Below the pieces are notes generated by a model. The model was not told the DNA's origin, searched no databases, and saw only the letters and a list, made by a program, of their open reading frames with translations. Below, one piece after another: positions 1 to 10,270 of a stretch of 64,000 nt of DNA (positions are counted from its first letter, which is position 1; each line of letters opens with the position of its first letter). The stretch comes from an uncultured Clostridia bacterium (GTDB lineage: Bacteria; Bacillota; Clostridia; Christensenellales; UBA1242), in contig CAKVHQ010000005.1 in the NCBI GenBank assembly GCA_934749845.1, forward strand, positions 17,552 to 81,551. Direction: 5' to 3'. Both the position numbers and the translations under genes were made by a program.

Positions 1-1
1 T

Positions 2-580
2 AAACTTCACGAAGTTAAGGAAAAACAACTTCCAAAACTAGATGATGAATTTGCAAAGAATGTTAGTGAATTTGACACTCTTGACGAATACAAAAAAGAT
101 GTTAAAAAAGATTTATTAAAGAAAAAAGAAACAGATGCTCACTATGCTTTTGAAGAAAAACTTTTGAATGCAGTTGTAGATAATGCACAAGTTGAAATTC
201 CAGAAAGCATGGTTAAAGAAAAAGTTGATGCCTTCTTGCACGAATTTGAGCATAGACTTTCACATCAAGGTTTAAATCTTGACATGTATGTTCAATATAT
301 GAATACAACCATCGAAAAACTTAAAGAAGAAAAAATGGACGATGCAAGAAAATCATGCAAGGTTGATTTGGTTGTTGATGCAATAATCAAAAAAGAAAAC
401 TTAATGGCAACCCAAGAAGATTTGGAAAAGGCTATTGAACGCCAAGCACTTAAAATGGGAACAAGTGTAGACGAAGTTAAAAAAGGTTTGGACGACAATG
501 CAAAAAATCGTTTAATGAGTCAACTTTCAATCGAAAAATTCTTTGAATTTCTTGAAAAAAATAACAAAGCAAGTAAATAA
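2..580 (+). CDS. tig: Trigger factor, C-terminal portion (5' end lies upstream of window)
   Basis: Frame 2 is open from the window edge (KLHEVKEKQLPKLDDEFAKNVSEFDTLDEYKK...) to TAA 578-580. The sequence and the tig-clpP-clpX-lon order fit trigger factor. The ORF-track Met at 164 is internal. Confidence 0.85.
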   Translation, partial: KLHEVKEKQLPKLDDEFAKNVSEFDTLDEYKKDVKKDLLKKKETDAHYAFEEKLLNAVVDNAQVEIPESMVKEKVDAFLHEFEHRLSHQGLNLDMYVQYMNTTIEKLKEEKMDDARKSCKVDLVVDAIIKKENLMATQEDLEKAIERQALKMGTSVDEVKKGLDDNAKNRLMSQLSIEKFFEFLEKNNKASK

Positions 581-644
581 TTAAGTAAACTCCAAAGATA
601 AAATTTAGAAGAAGTACCCTAAAATTTATCAAAGGAGTTTTTTT

Positions 645-1226
645 ATGCTAATACCTTATGTTGTTGATAAAAGTCAGTTTGGAGAGAGAACATACGACAT
701 TTTTTCAAGACTTTTAGAAGATAGAATAATTTTTTTAACAGGTGAAATTACAACTGATGTTGCAAACACAATTATTGCACAATTACTATTTTTGGAAGGC
801 AAAGACAGTTCAAAAGACATTTCGCTCTACATTAACAGCCCTGGTGGAATTGTTGATGGGGGACTAGCCATTTTGGATACTATAAACTATATTAAGTGTG
901 ATGTTTCAACAATCTGTGTGGGCATGTCGGCTTCCATGAGTGCAGTGCTTTTAAGTGCAGGGAAAAAAGGAAAGCGCTATGCCTTGCCAAATTCTCGAAT
1001 TATGATTCATCAACCACTAGGTGGCGCGCAAGGTCAGGCAAGTGATATTAAAATTCAAGCCGAAGAAATTTTGAAAATGCGAGAAAAATTAAACAAAATT
1101 TTGGCACATAACACGGGAAAGAATCTAGAGCAAATCGAAAACGATACAAATAGAGATTACTACTTAACAAGCGAAGAAGCATTAAAATACGGTTTAATTG
1201 ATAAAATATTGGATAAGAGAGTTTAG
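645..1226 (+). CDS. clpP: ATP-dependent Clp protease proteolytic subunit ClpP
   Basis: 193 aa with ClpP hallmarks (INSPGG, GMSASM active-site Ser, MIHQPLGG His, NRDYYLT Asp). SD AAAGGAG lies upstream. Confidence 0.97.
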   Translation: MLIPYVVDKSQFGERTYDIFSRLLEDRIIFLTGEITTDVANTIIAQLLFLEGKDSSKDISLYINSPGGIVDGGLAILDTINYIKCDVSTICVGMSASMSAVLLSAGKKGKRYALPNSRIMIHQPLGGAQGQASDIKIQAEEILKMREKLNKILAHNTGKNLEQIENDTNRDYYLTSEEALKYGLIDKILDKRV

Positions 1227-1234
1227 GAGATAGC

Positions 1235-2506
1235 ATGTCGGTTAAAGTATCAAATATGATTTGTTCGTTTTGTGGAAAAGAACAAAGTCAAGCATTAAAG
1301 TTTATTGCAAGCCCTAATGGTTCAAGTTTTATATGTGACGAGTGCGTGCAGATTTGTTATAACATTTTAAAAGAGTCTGCATCGTCATCGCTAGGGCTTA
1401 AACTTTTAAAGCCATATGAAATTAAACAGCATTTAGACAACTACATTGTTGGGCAAGACGAAGCCAAACGAGTGCTCAGCGTGGCGGTGTACAATCACTA
1501 TAAGCGCATTAACTACAACGAAACAAACGCTTCATCGTCCAAAGTTGAACTAGACAAAAGTAATGTTTTGCTTATTGGTCCAACGGGCAGTGGAAAAACC
1601 TTACTTGCCAAAACTTTGGCAAAAATATTAAATGTGCCATTTGCTCATGCCGATGCCACAACTTTAACCGAAGCAGGTTATGTTGGCGAAGATGTCGAGA
1701 GCATTCTTGCAAAACTAATTGCAAACGCTGGTGGAGATGTTAAAAAGGCAGAAAAGGGCATAGTTTATATTGACGAAATAGACAAAATTGCCAAGCGTGC
1801 CGAAAACAAGTTGCTACCCAAAGACCCTTCCGGCGAAGGTGTTCAACAAGGTTTGTTAAAAATAATTGAAGGAACTATTGCCAATGTTCCCGAAAAATCA
1901 AACAGAAAAAATCCGTTTCAAGAAAGTGTTAGCATCGACACTAGTAACATTTTGTTTATTTGCGGTGGGGCTTTTGTTGGTCTTAATGATATTGTTTCTC
2001 AAAAAAAGGAGAAAAAAAGTCTTGGCTTTGAAACGCAGTTAAATGAAATTTCAAGTGTAGCAGACCAAATTGAGCCACAAGATTTAATTAAATTTGGTTT
2101 AATACCCGAGTTTGTTGGAAGATTACCTATTGTTGTTTCGCTTAATAAACTAGGTCAAGCCGAACTTATTAGAGTTTTAACCGAACCTAAAAATAGTTTA
2201 GTTAATCAATTTAAAACGATGTTTAAACTTGACGGGGCAGACCTTGAATTTACTTCAACCGCACTTGAAAAAATAGCCGATAAAGCATTAAAACTTGAAA
2301 GCGGTGCAAGGGGACTAAGAACAGTTCTTGAAAATGCGATGTTAAAAAGCATGTTTGACCTGCCAAGTGAGAAAAATGTTTCAAAACTTTTGGTTGATTG
2401 CGACAAGTTAGACAATCTTGCTGTTACTTTAGTAAAACAAGAAAAAAAGCACCCCGCACAAATTTCGCAGTTAAACAAAAATTCAAAAACTTATGTTAGT
2501 GTTTAA
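1235..2506 (+). CDS. clpX: ATP-dependent Clp protease ATP-binding subunit ClpX
   Basis: N-terminal C4 zinc finger (CSFCGK...CDEC), Walker A GPTGSGKT, Walker B VYIDEIDK, SGARGLR sensor motif. Confidence 0.97.
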   Translation: MSVKVSNMICSFCGKEQSQALKFIASPNGSSFICDECVQICYNILKESASSSLGLKLLKPYEIKQHLDNYIVGQDEAKRVLSVAVYNHYKRINYNETNASSSKVELDKSNVLLIGPTGSGKTLLAKTLAKILNVPFAHADATTLTEAGYVGEDVESILAKLIANAGGDVKKAEKGIVYIDEIDKIAKRAENKLLPKDPSGEGVQQGLLKIIEGTIANVPEKSNRKNPFQESVSIDTSNILFICGGAFVGLNDIVSQKKEKKSLGFETQLNEISSVADQIEPQDLIKFGLIPEFVGRLPIVVSLNKLGQAELIRVLTEPKNSLVNQFKTMFKLDGADLEFTSTALEKIADKALKLESGARGLRTVLENAMLKSMFDLPSEKNVSKLLVDCDKLDNLAVTLVKQEKKHPAQISQLNKNSKTYVSV

Positions 2507-2530
2507 AAAGGACGAACAAGTCCTTTTTTA
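2506..2530 (+). terminator. Intrinsic terminator after clpX
   Basis: Hairpin AAAAGGAC-gaacaa-GTCCTTTT followed by a T-run, overlapping the clpX stop. Confidence 0.7.
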
Positions 2531-2534
2531 TTGC

Positions 2535-2563
2535 TTGCCAACTTTTGGAAAAGCGTTTATAAT
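2535..2563 (+). promoter_or_regulatory. Sigma-A-type promoter upstream of lon
   Basis: TTGCCA (2535-2540), 17-nt spacer, TATAAT (2558-2563). Confidence 0.55.
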
Positions 2564-2599
2564 TGTACTATTATACTTTAATTGGAGAAAACTATTATT

Positions 2600-4906
2600 A
2601 TGGCAACAAAAGAATACAAAGCAATATCTATTATGGGCGTGGTTAGTTTTCCTAATATGCCCATTACTTGTGATATAAGAAAGTCGGCAAGCAAGGCAAG
2701 TGTGCTTGAAGCTGCAAAAAACAAAGAAGATATTATTTTGGTAACTCAAATCACAAATTCGGTTAGTGATGATTTTTTGGCATGCGTAAATTCTATAGGA
2801 ACAGTTTGCAAAATTAACAAAGTTGTAAATTCAAAAAATGGAGATGTTATTAAACTTTATGCGGAAGGCAAAAAAAGAGTTGTTCTAAAAAGTTTAGTTT
2901 CAAGCAGTCCTTTTTTAACTGTTGCGGTTGATGATGTTAAGCCAATAGTTTATGATAACGAAGAAGAAAATCTTCTTTTTGAAAGTTTAAAAGCAAAGGT
3001 TTTAGATTTTGGTAGTCAAAATTTTGAGTTTAAAGCAGAACTTATAAATGTGCTAAATGGCGTTAACGATGCCAACACTTTTGTTGATTATTCAACTGTT
3101 TTACTTATTAAAAACGAAAATAAACAACTTGCAATTTTAAATGATTTTGACACAATCTCTAGGCTAACAAAATTGAGTTCATATATTGACGAAGAAATTG
3201 AAATTTTTAAACTAAATAAGCGTCTTAGCGATAGAGTTAAAGAAAATATGGATAAAAGCCAAAGAGAATATTACCTTCGTGAACAAATGAAGGCAATTAG
3301 TGATGAACTTGGCGAAAATTCCAGCATTTTTGATGACTATCAAAACAAAATTAACACCCTTGATATGCCAGCAGAAGTTAAAGAAAAGGCACAAAAAGAG
3401 TTAACAAGATTGAAAAAATTGCCAAGTGCTTCACCTGATTATTCTATTTTGCAAAACTATCTTGAAACTTTGTTTGACTTACCATGGGGAAAATACACAA
3501 TAGATAACAAAGACCTTAAAAAAGCAAGAGAAATTTTAGATAGCGACCATTCAGGACTTGATAAAGTTAAAGAAAGAATAGTTGAAAATTTGGCAGTAAT
3601 GCAACTTACTGGAAAAATTAGTGGACAAATTATATGTTTTGCTGGTCCTCCGGGCGTGGGTAAAACTAGCATTGCAAGAAGCATAGCAAAAGCATTAAAT
3701 CGTAACTTTGTTAAAATGAGTGTTGGTGGCGTTAAAGATGAAAGCGAGATTCGTGGACACAGAAAAACTTATGTTGGCGCTATGCCGGGCAGAATTATTT
3801 ATAACATGGCGATGGCAAAAAGCATGAACCCTGTGTTTTTGATTGACGAAATTGACAAAATGGCAAGTGACTATCGTGGTGACCCAACAAGTGCGCTCTT
3901 GGAAGTTTTAGACCCAGAACAAAACACCAACTTTAGAGACCATTTTCTAGAAGTTCCATTCGATTTAAGTAATGTCTTATTTATTGCAACAGCAAACAAC
4001 ATTCAAGATATTCCTGCACCTCTTTTAGACAGAATGGAAATTATTGAACTTTCGTCTTACACAACAAGCGAAAAATTTGTGATTGCAAAAGAGCATTTAC
4101 TTCCAAAAGAAATTGAAAAAAATGGTTTGAAAAAGGAACAAATTTGCTTAACCGATAATGCAATTAGGTCGATAATAGAAGACTACACCTACGAAGCAGG
4201 CGTTAGAGGACTTGAAAGACAAATTGCCACAGTGTGCAGAAAAGTTGCTGTTAAAGTTATCGCAAACCCACAAAACGATGAATGCTATAAAATTGACAGT
4301 GACAATTTAACCGAATATTTAGGAAGTCACAAAATTATCCGTGATGAAAAACGCCCAAATCCAGAAGTAGGCGTTGTTAGCGGGCTTTCATATTCGTCTG
4401 TTGGTGGTGGAGTGCTTTCCATCGAAGTTAATAAAGTTATGGGCGATGGAAAAGTTGTTCTAACAGGACGACTTGGCGATGTTATGCAAGAAAGTGCCAA
4501 GGCAGCTTTATCAGCAGTAATTGGAATCGCACAAGAATATGGAATAAATCAAGAAGTATTTAGAAAAAGTGACATTCATGTGCATGTGCCAGAAGGTGCA
4601 GTTAAAAAAGATGGTCCAAGTGCCGGTTCTGCACTTGCAACCGCAATTTTCAGTGCCTTTTCGGGTAGAAAAATAGATAATAACCTTGCGATGACAGGCG
4701 AAATTACAATTCGTGGTAATGTGCTTGCTATTGGTGGACTTAAAGAAAAACTTTTTGCTTGCGTAAGAGCAGGTATTCAAAAGGTTCTTGTTCCAGCACA
4801 AAACAAGGAAGATATAATGGAACTTCCAAAAGAAATTACTGATAATTTAAATATTGTTTATGTAAACAACTTACGAGAAGTTTTAAAAGAAGCATTGATA
4901 GATTAA
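2600..4906 (+). CDS. lon: Lon protease (LonA type)
   Basis: Lon N-domain, AAA+ Walker A GPPGVGKT, Walker B FLIDEIDK, protease motif KKDGPSAGSA. ATG 2600 follows GGAG 2584-2587 and is preferred over the ORF-track TTG at 2582. Confidence 0.95.
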   Translation: MATKEYKAISIMGVVSFPNMPITCDIRKSASKASVLEAAKNKEDIILVTQITNSVSDDFLACVNSIGTVCKINKVVNSKNGDVIKLYAEGKKRVVLKSLVSSSPFLTVAVDDVKPIVYDNEEENLLFESLKAKVLDFGSQNFEFKAELINVLNGVNDANTFVDYSTVLLIKNENKQLAILNDFDTISRLTKLSSYIDEEIEIFKLNKRLSDRVKENMDKSQREYYLREQMKAISDELGENSSIFDDYQNKINTLDMPAEVKEKAQKELTRLKKLPSASPDYSILQNYLETLFDLPWGKYTIDNKDLKKAREILDSDHSGLDKVKERIVENLAVMQLTGKISGQIICFAGPPGVGKTSIARSIAKALNRNFVKMSVGGVKDESEIRGHRKTYVGAMPGRIIYNMAMAKSMNPVFLIDEIDKMASDYRGDPTSALLEVLDPEQNTNFRDHFLEVPFDLSNVLFIATANNIQDIPAPLLDRMEIIELSSYTTSEKFVIAKEHLLPKEIEKNGLKKEQICLTDNAIRSIIEDYTYEAGVRGLERQIATVCRKVAVKVIANPQNDECYKIDSDNLTEYLGSHKIIRDEKRPNPEVGVVSGLSYSSVGGGVLSIEVNKVMGDGKVVLTGRLGDVMQESAKAALSAVIGIAQEYGINQEVFRKSDIHVHVPEGAVKKDGPSAGSALATAIFSAFSGRKIDNNLAMTGEITIRGNVLAIGGLKEKLFACVRAGIQKVLVPAQNKEDIMELPKEITDNLNIVYVNNLREVLKEALID

Positions 4907-4918
4907 CAAAGGATAATT

Positions 4919-5953
4919 ATGGATAAATTTTCAACAAAAACTTACTATTATGATCTTCCACAAGAACTTATTGCTCAAACTCCAGTTGAGCCAAGAGACC
5001 ATAGTAGAATGTTGGTGTATGATAGACAAACCGACACGGTAACTCACAAACATTTTTATGATGTTATTGATTACTTAAATAAAGGCGATGTTTTGGTAAT
5101 AAACAGTACCAAAGTTTTGCCATGCAGACTTTTTGGAACAAAAATTTCAACAGGTGCAAAAGCAGAAGTATTTTTGCTTAAAAAGCGTTCGCTTGATGTG
5201 TGGGAGGTGCTTTTAAAACCTCAAAAACGATTAAAAGTCGGCACAATAATTGAATTTGCTCCTAACTTTAGTTGCGAAGTATTAGAAAATTTTGAACATG
5301 GAAATGCAGTTGTTAAATTTTCCTACTTGGGCACTTTTGAAGAAAATTTGCTTAAAGTTGGGAATATGCCACTGCCACCATACATTCACGAAAAATTAAA
5401 AGATAAAGACAGATATCAAACGGTATACGCAAAGCAAGAGGGCAGTAGTGCAGCACCAACCGCTGGACTTCATTTCACGCCAGAATTACTTGAAAAAATC
5501 AAGCAAAAAGGCATAGAAGTTGTTGAAGTTTTGCTTCATGTTGGTCTTGGAACATTTAGACCTGTTAGTGAAGATAATATTTTAAACCATGATATGCACA
5601 CCGAGCATTATGAAATTACAAAAGAAGTTGCTGATAAGATAAACTCGGCAAAAAATAGTGGTCATAAAATTATTGCGGTTGGAACAACAAGCGTAAGAAC
5701 CTTGGAGAGCGTTGCAACAAAGTTTAACGGAACGCTTCAAGCAGATATTGGCGAAACAAACATCTTTATTTATCCGGGTTATGAATGGAAAGTGGTCGAC
5801 CATTTAATTACCAATTTCCATTTGCCAGAAAGCACTTTAATTATGCTTGTTAGCAGTTTTTGCGGTATAGAGCAAACTTTAAATTTCTATAAGCAAGCCG
5901 TTGAAGAAAAGTATAGATTTTTCTCGTTTGGCGATGCTTGTTTATTACTATAA
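4919..5953 (+). CDS. queA: S-adenosylmethionine:tRNA ribosyltransferase-isomerase
   Basis: 344 aa. Typical QueA N-terminus (YDLPQELIAQTPVEPRDHSRML) and C-terminus (TNFHLPESTL...RFFSFGDA). queA-tgt synteny. Confidence 0.95.
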   Translation: MDKFSTKTYYYDLPQELIAQTPVEPRDHSRMLVYDRQTDTVTHKHFYDVIDYLNKGDVLVINSTKVLPCRLFGTKISTGAKAEVFLLKKRSLDVWEVLLKPQKRLKVGTIIEFAPNFSCEVLENFEHGNAVVKFSYLGTFEENLLKVGNMPLPPYIHEKLKDKDRYQTVYAKQEGSSAAPTAGLHFTPELLEKIKQKGIEVVEVLLHVGLGTFRPVSEDNILNHDMHTEHYEITKEVADKINSAKNSGHKIIAVGTTSVRTLESVATKFNGTLQADIGETNIFIYPGYEWKVVDHLITNFHLPESTLIMLVSSFCGIEQTLNFYKQAVEEKYRFFSFGDACLLL

Positions 5954-7114
<1,161 letters not shown>

Positions 7115-7238
7115 TTGTCGATAAATAACTTTTTTTAGTGATAATTCTTTAATTTTTCAAGTAATTGGGCAAAAATATTTGCCACATAAACCGCATCATG
7201 TTAAAATGAACATGATATTAAATTTAGGAGAATAGATT

Positions 7239-7679
7239 ATGAACATGTTATTAGCAAGTTTCTGGGAAAGTTACGGTTTGCTTATTATTTTGGTAGTTGC
7301 ACTTATTGCAATGTTTGCTTGGAATTTTTATAGACAAAAAAAATATCAAAAGCAAGAAGAGCAAATGATGCAAGACCTTAAAGTTGGAACAAAGGTTAAA
7401 ACTTACGCAGGAGTTTATGGCACTTTGGTTGGTTTTTATGAAACAACCGAAGGCAGAGTTGCAATTTTGTCACTAGACGGCAAAAATACAATGGAAGTTG
7501 ATTTTAGGTCAATTTATGGAATAGATACAAAACAAAAAATTGCAGAAGAAACACCAGTTGAAGAACCTAAAACCGAACCAGTTCAAGAACCACAACAAGA
7601 AGAAAAACCACAAGAAGAACACGAAGAAGTTCCAGCAGAAAAAAAGCCAGCAAAAAGAACTTCAAAAAAATCAAAATAA
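7239..7679 (+). CDS. yajC: Preprotein translocase subunit YajC with Glu/Pro/Lys-rich C-terminal extension
   Basis: One N-terminal TM segment followed by the YajC core (LKVGTKVKTYAGVYGTLVGF...). About 45 extra low-complexity residues at the C-terminus. Position after tgt. Confidence 0.85.
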   Translation: MNMLLASFWESYGLLIILVVALIAMFAWNFYRQKKYQKQEEQMMQDLKVGTKVKTYAGVYGTLVGFYETTEGRVAILSLDGKNTMEVDFRSIYGIDTKQKIAEETPVEEPKTEPVQEPQQEEKPQEEHEEVPAEKKPAKRTSKKSK

Positions 7680-7680
7680 A

Positions 7681-7710
7681 AAAAGAACTTGAAAAAGTTC
7701 TTTTTATTTT
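7681..7710. terminator. Bidirectional intrinsic terminator between convergent yajC and the minus-strand membrane gene
   Basis: Hairpin AAAAGAACTT-gaaa-AAGTTCTTTT flanked by A-run and T-run. Confidence 0.75.
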
Positions 7711-8096
7711 TTTGCGTTAACACAAATAACTCCGCAAATCGCTCCAGTAACTACGCCGAATAGAATATCAATTAAAAGTGTCCAATCAAAACTAAACCCG
7801 CCGTTTAAAATAGAGAAGACCACGAATGCTAGTATGCTATAAAGTAGCCCAACCACACAGCCAAGTAAAAGTCCTTTTTCTTTAACTTTTTTTACTATAA
7901 ACATTGTTCCAATTAAAATGCTTACAACTTTAATAACTTGGTTTATTGGCTTAATTAAAGTATCACTCATGCATGTTAATTTAATTACGAATGCAAATAT
8001 CAAAATAAGCACTAAACTAACGCAAACCGACAGCATACTTCCTTTTAAACCATTAAGTAAAATATTGCTTTTTTCGTTGTTTTTAACTTTTTCCAT
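7704..8096 (-). CDS. Small multi-pass membrane protein (YrzE / TIGR04086-like)
   Basis: 130 aa with about 4 hydrophobic segments and Gly-rich helices. Same position and orientation class as B. subtilis yrzE next to yajC. Family assignment is from memory only. Confidence 0.5.
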   Translation of the reverse strand: MEKVKNNEKSNILLNGLKGSMLSVCVSLVLILIFAFVIKLTCMSDTLIKPINQVIKVVSILIGTMFIVKKVKEKGLLLGCVVGLLYSILAFVVFSILNGGFSFDWTLLIDILFGVVTGAICGVICVNAKK

Positions 8097-8202
8097 AAAT
8101 CCTCGCTTGATATTGTAATTTATGAGGAAGTTTGTTTAATTATAACTTATAATTTAATATAAAAATGTCAAACATTATTTGCGTAAAATCAATTCAAAAA
8201 AT

Positions 8203-8231
8203 TTGACTACAAAACATTTATAATATATACT
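8203..8231 (+). promoter_or_regulatory. Sigma-A-type promoter upstream of secD
   Basis: TTGACT (8203-8208), 17 nt, TATACT (8226-8231). Confidence 0.5.
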
Positions 8232-8266
8232 CTAAAGGATAGTTTAAATAAATAGGAGACTAGAAA

Positions 8267-9571
8267 GTGAAAAAGAAAAGAGCAATACTTAATTTTGCTG
8301 GACTAATTTTTTTAGCAATAGTGTTAGTTGTTCTATCAGTTGTAAAATTTACAATTCCCGGTTCAAGCGACAACTACATGGGCTTTTTAAGAGCAATAGA
8401 TTTAGGTTTGGAATATAGGGGCGGAATTAAAGTAACATTAGAAGCAAAAAATAACTCAACAAATAAAGGACTAAAATTCTCGGATGGTGTTAAAGCACAC
8501 ATTTTAAGAATGAAAAGCATTTTGTCCGATAATAACTTTAATGCAAATATCTATTCAGTAGCAAACAACAATATTGCAATCGAAGTTTTAGGTGAATATA
8601 CTTCACAAGAAATTCTTGAATTGGTTAACAACACAACCAAAAATAACCTTTCATTTAAAGCGGAAGATAGCACAGATGCAGAAGCATATTTAACAGCAGA
8701 CGACATTTCATCTTGCTATGCAATGGAATATAATTCAGCTTACTATGTTTACATTGATTTCACAAGTCATGGACAAGAACAAATGAAGGCTTTAAGCAAT
8801 GCTGTTAAAGATGGAAACAAAAAGATTTTCATTTATATTGGCGACACAAAGTTTAAAGAAATAACAGGTGTTTCAAGCGAATGGACTCAAAATTTTTTCA
8901 TGTTCAATGGTGGTAGCACAATGGAAAGTGCAAGCGAAACCGCTGGCAGAATTTTGGCAACCAAATACGATTTCAGTTTTGAAAAATTAACAGAATATGT
9001 TGTAACAGAAAAAACTGCTCAAAAGAATTTGATTTTGTCGTGCGTGGTTGCAGGCGTTGTTGTTTTGGCTTGCTTAATTTGGCTTGTTGCAAGATTTAAA
9101 AAGTTAGGACTTGTGAATGTTCTATCACTCGTGCTAGGACTTTTAGTTCAAATTGTTATGCTTCAAGCAGTGCCTATCATGAAATTAACGGCAACCTCGC
9201 TTGTTGCAAGTGTTCTAACATTTGTGATTGCATTTGCACTTATCTACTATATGCTCAGCGTAATAGCAAAGGAATATGCAGTTGGTAAAAAAGTTCATTC
9301 AAGTTTTAAATTCGGTTATCAAAAAAGTAGCGTAGCCATTTTGGAAATAATGCTTACAATTTTGGTTGCAAGTATTGTGTTCTATATCTTTGGTTCAACA
9401 CTTGTTAGATACTTTGCCTTGGCAATGATTATTGGAACAATAATTTACGGACTTTGCGCATTACTCTTAACAAAATGGTTTAACAGAATGTGCTTTGATT
9501 TGAATTCAAATCATGCAAAGAGTTACGGATTTAGAAGGGAGGAAGGTGTAGATGAACTCGAGGAAATTTAA
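8267..9571 (+). CDS. secD: Protein translocase subunit SecD
   Basis: GTG start after AGGAG. N-terminal TM, LGLEYRGG motif, ~220-aa periplasmic domain, C-terminal bundle of TM helices. Followed by an overlapping secF. Confidence 0.85.
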   Translation: MKKKRAILNFAGLIFLAIVLVVLSVVKFTIPGSSDNYMGFLRAIDLGLEYRGGIKVTLEAKNNSTNKGLKFSDGVKAHILRMKSILSDNNFNANIYSVANNNIAIEVLGEYTSQEILELVNNTTKNNLSFKAEDSTDAEAYLTADDISSCYAMEYNSAYYVYIDFTSHGQEQMKALSNAVKDGNKKIFIYIGDTKFKEITGVSSEWTQNFFMFNGGSTMESASETAGRILATKYDFSFEKLTEYVVTEKTAQKNLILSCVVAGVVVLACLIWLVARFKKLGLVNVLSLVLGLLVQIVMLQAVPIMKLTATSLVASVLTFVIAFALIYYMLSVIAKEYAVGKKVHSSFKFGYQKSSVAILEIMLTILVASIVFYIFGSTLVRYFALAMIIGTIIYGLCALLLTKWFNRMCFDLNSNHAKSYGFRREEGVDELEEI

Positions 9572-10211
9572 CATTTATAAAAACGCAATTTTCTTCTATA
9601 TTGCAAGCGGAGTTTTGTTAGTTGCTGGTTTAGTTGTTGGAATTGTTTTGGGACTTAAAAGCGATATCGCAATTTCAGGCGGAGCAATTTTAAACACAAC
9701 TTTGGCAGTTATGGTGTTCTCGCTAATTGCCTTCATATTCTTGTCGGTAAAATTTGACACATATCTTGGCTTTACGGGTGTGCTTGCTATTGCTCATAAT
9801 GTAACATTAACACTTGCTTTGGTATGCATATTTAGAATGCCAGTGGCTGAAAATTTGGCAATGACAATTTTAATTGTATGTGCTATTTCAGTTATGAACA
9901 TTTTGTTAGTTTTTGAGAACAAAAAAGAAGAGTATAAATCCACAACAAACAGAGAAAACTTGGTTAATAATTTAGTTTCTCAAAAATTAAAAACGGTTTT
10001 AGTGGTAAATTGTATTATATTTTTCACTACAATACTCATGATTTTTAGTTTTGAAGCAGATATTATAGGTTTGGTGCGTTCACTTCTAATTGGAATTGTT
10101 GCTTGTGTTTACAGCACCATATTCATGATTACTCCATTTTGGGGTAGATTTGTTAAAGAAAGAAAAGATAGAAAATCAGTAAAAGATATTGAAGAAGATT
10201 ATATAAAATAA
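9552..10211 (+). CDS. secF: Protein translocase subunit SecF, minimal form
   Basis: 219 aa with 6 predicted TM segments. A SecF-like GGAIL stretch follows directly after TM1. Overlaps the secD 3' end. The periplasmic loop is only ~15 aa (see findings). Confidence 0.7.
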   Translation: MNSRKFNIYKNAIFFYIASGVLLVAGLVVGIVLGLKSDIAISGGAILNTTLAVMVFSLIAFIFLSVKFDTYLGFTGVLAIAHNVTLTLALVCIFRMPVAENLAMTILIVCAISVMNILLVFENKKEEYKSTTNRENLVNNLVSQKLKTVLVVNCIIFFTTILMIFSFEADIIGLVRSLLIGIVACVYSTIFMITPFWGRFVKERKDRKSVKDIEEDYIK

Positions 10212-10215
10212 TTTG

Positions 10216-10243
10216 TAGCCACTTAATTTTAAGTGGCTATTTT
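10216..10243 (+). terminator. Intrinsic terminator after secF
   Basis: TAGCCACTT-aatttt-AAGTGGCTA followed by TTTT. Confidence 0.75.
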
Positions 10244-10270
10244 GAATGTATTTAAGGAAAATTTTGAATA

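Noticed and set aside
2493-2749. ORFs 2493-2678 (+) and 2528-2749 (-) in the clpX-lon junction.
   Set aside because: They overlap the clpX terminator, the lon promoter and the lon 5' end, and have no translation signals.
7115-7238. Hairpins between tgt and yajC (GGCAAA...TTTGCC; ATCATGTT-aaaatg-AACATGAT), considered as a preQ1 riboswitch because of the queA-tgt context.
   Set aside because: I see no resemblance to the preQ1-I/II consensus, and yajC is not a queuosine gene. These are probably just an attenuator or 5'UTR structure.
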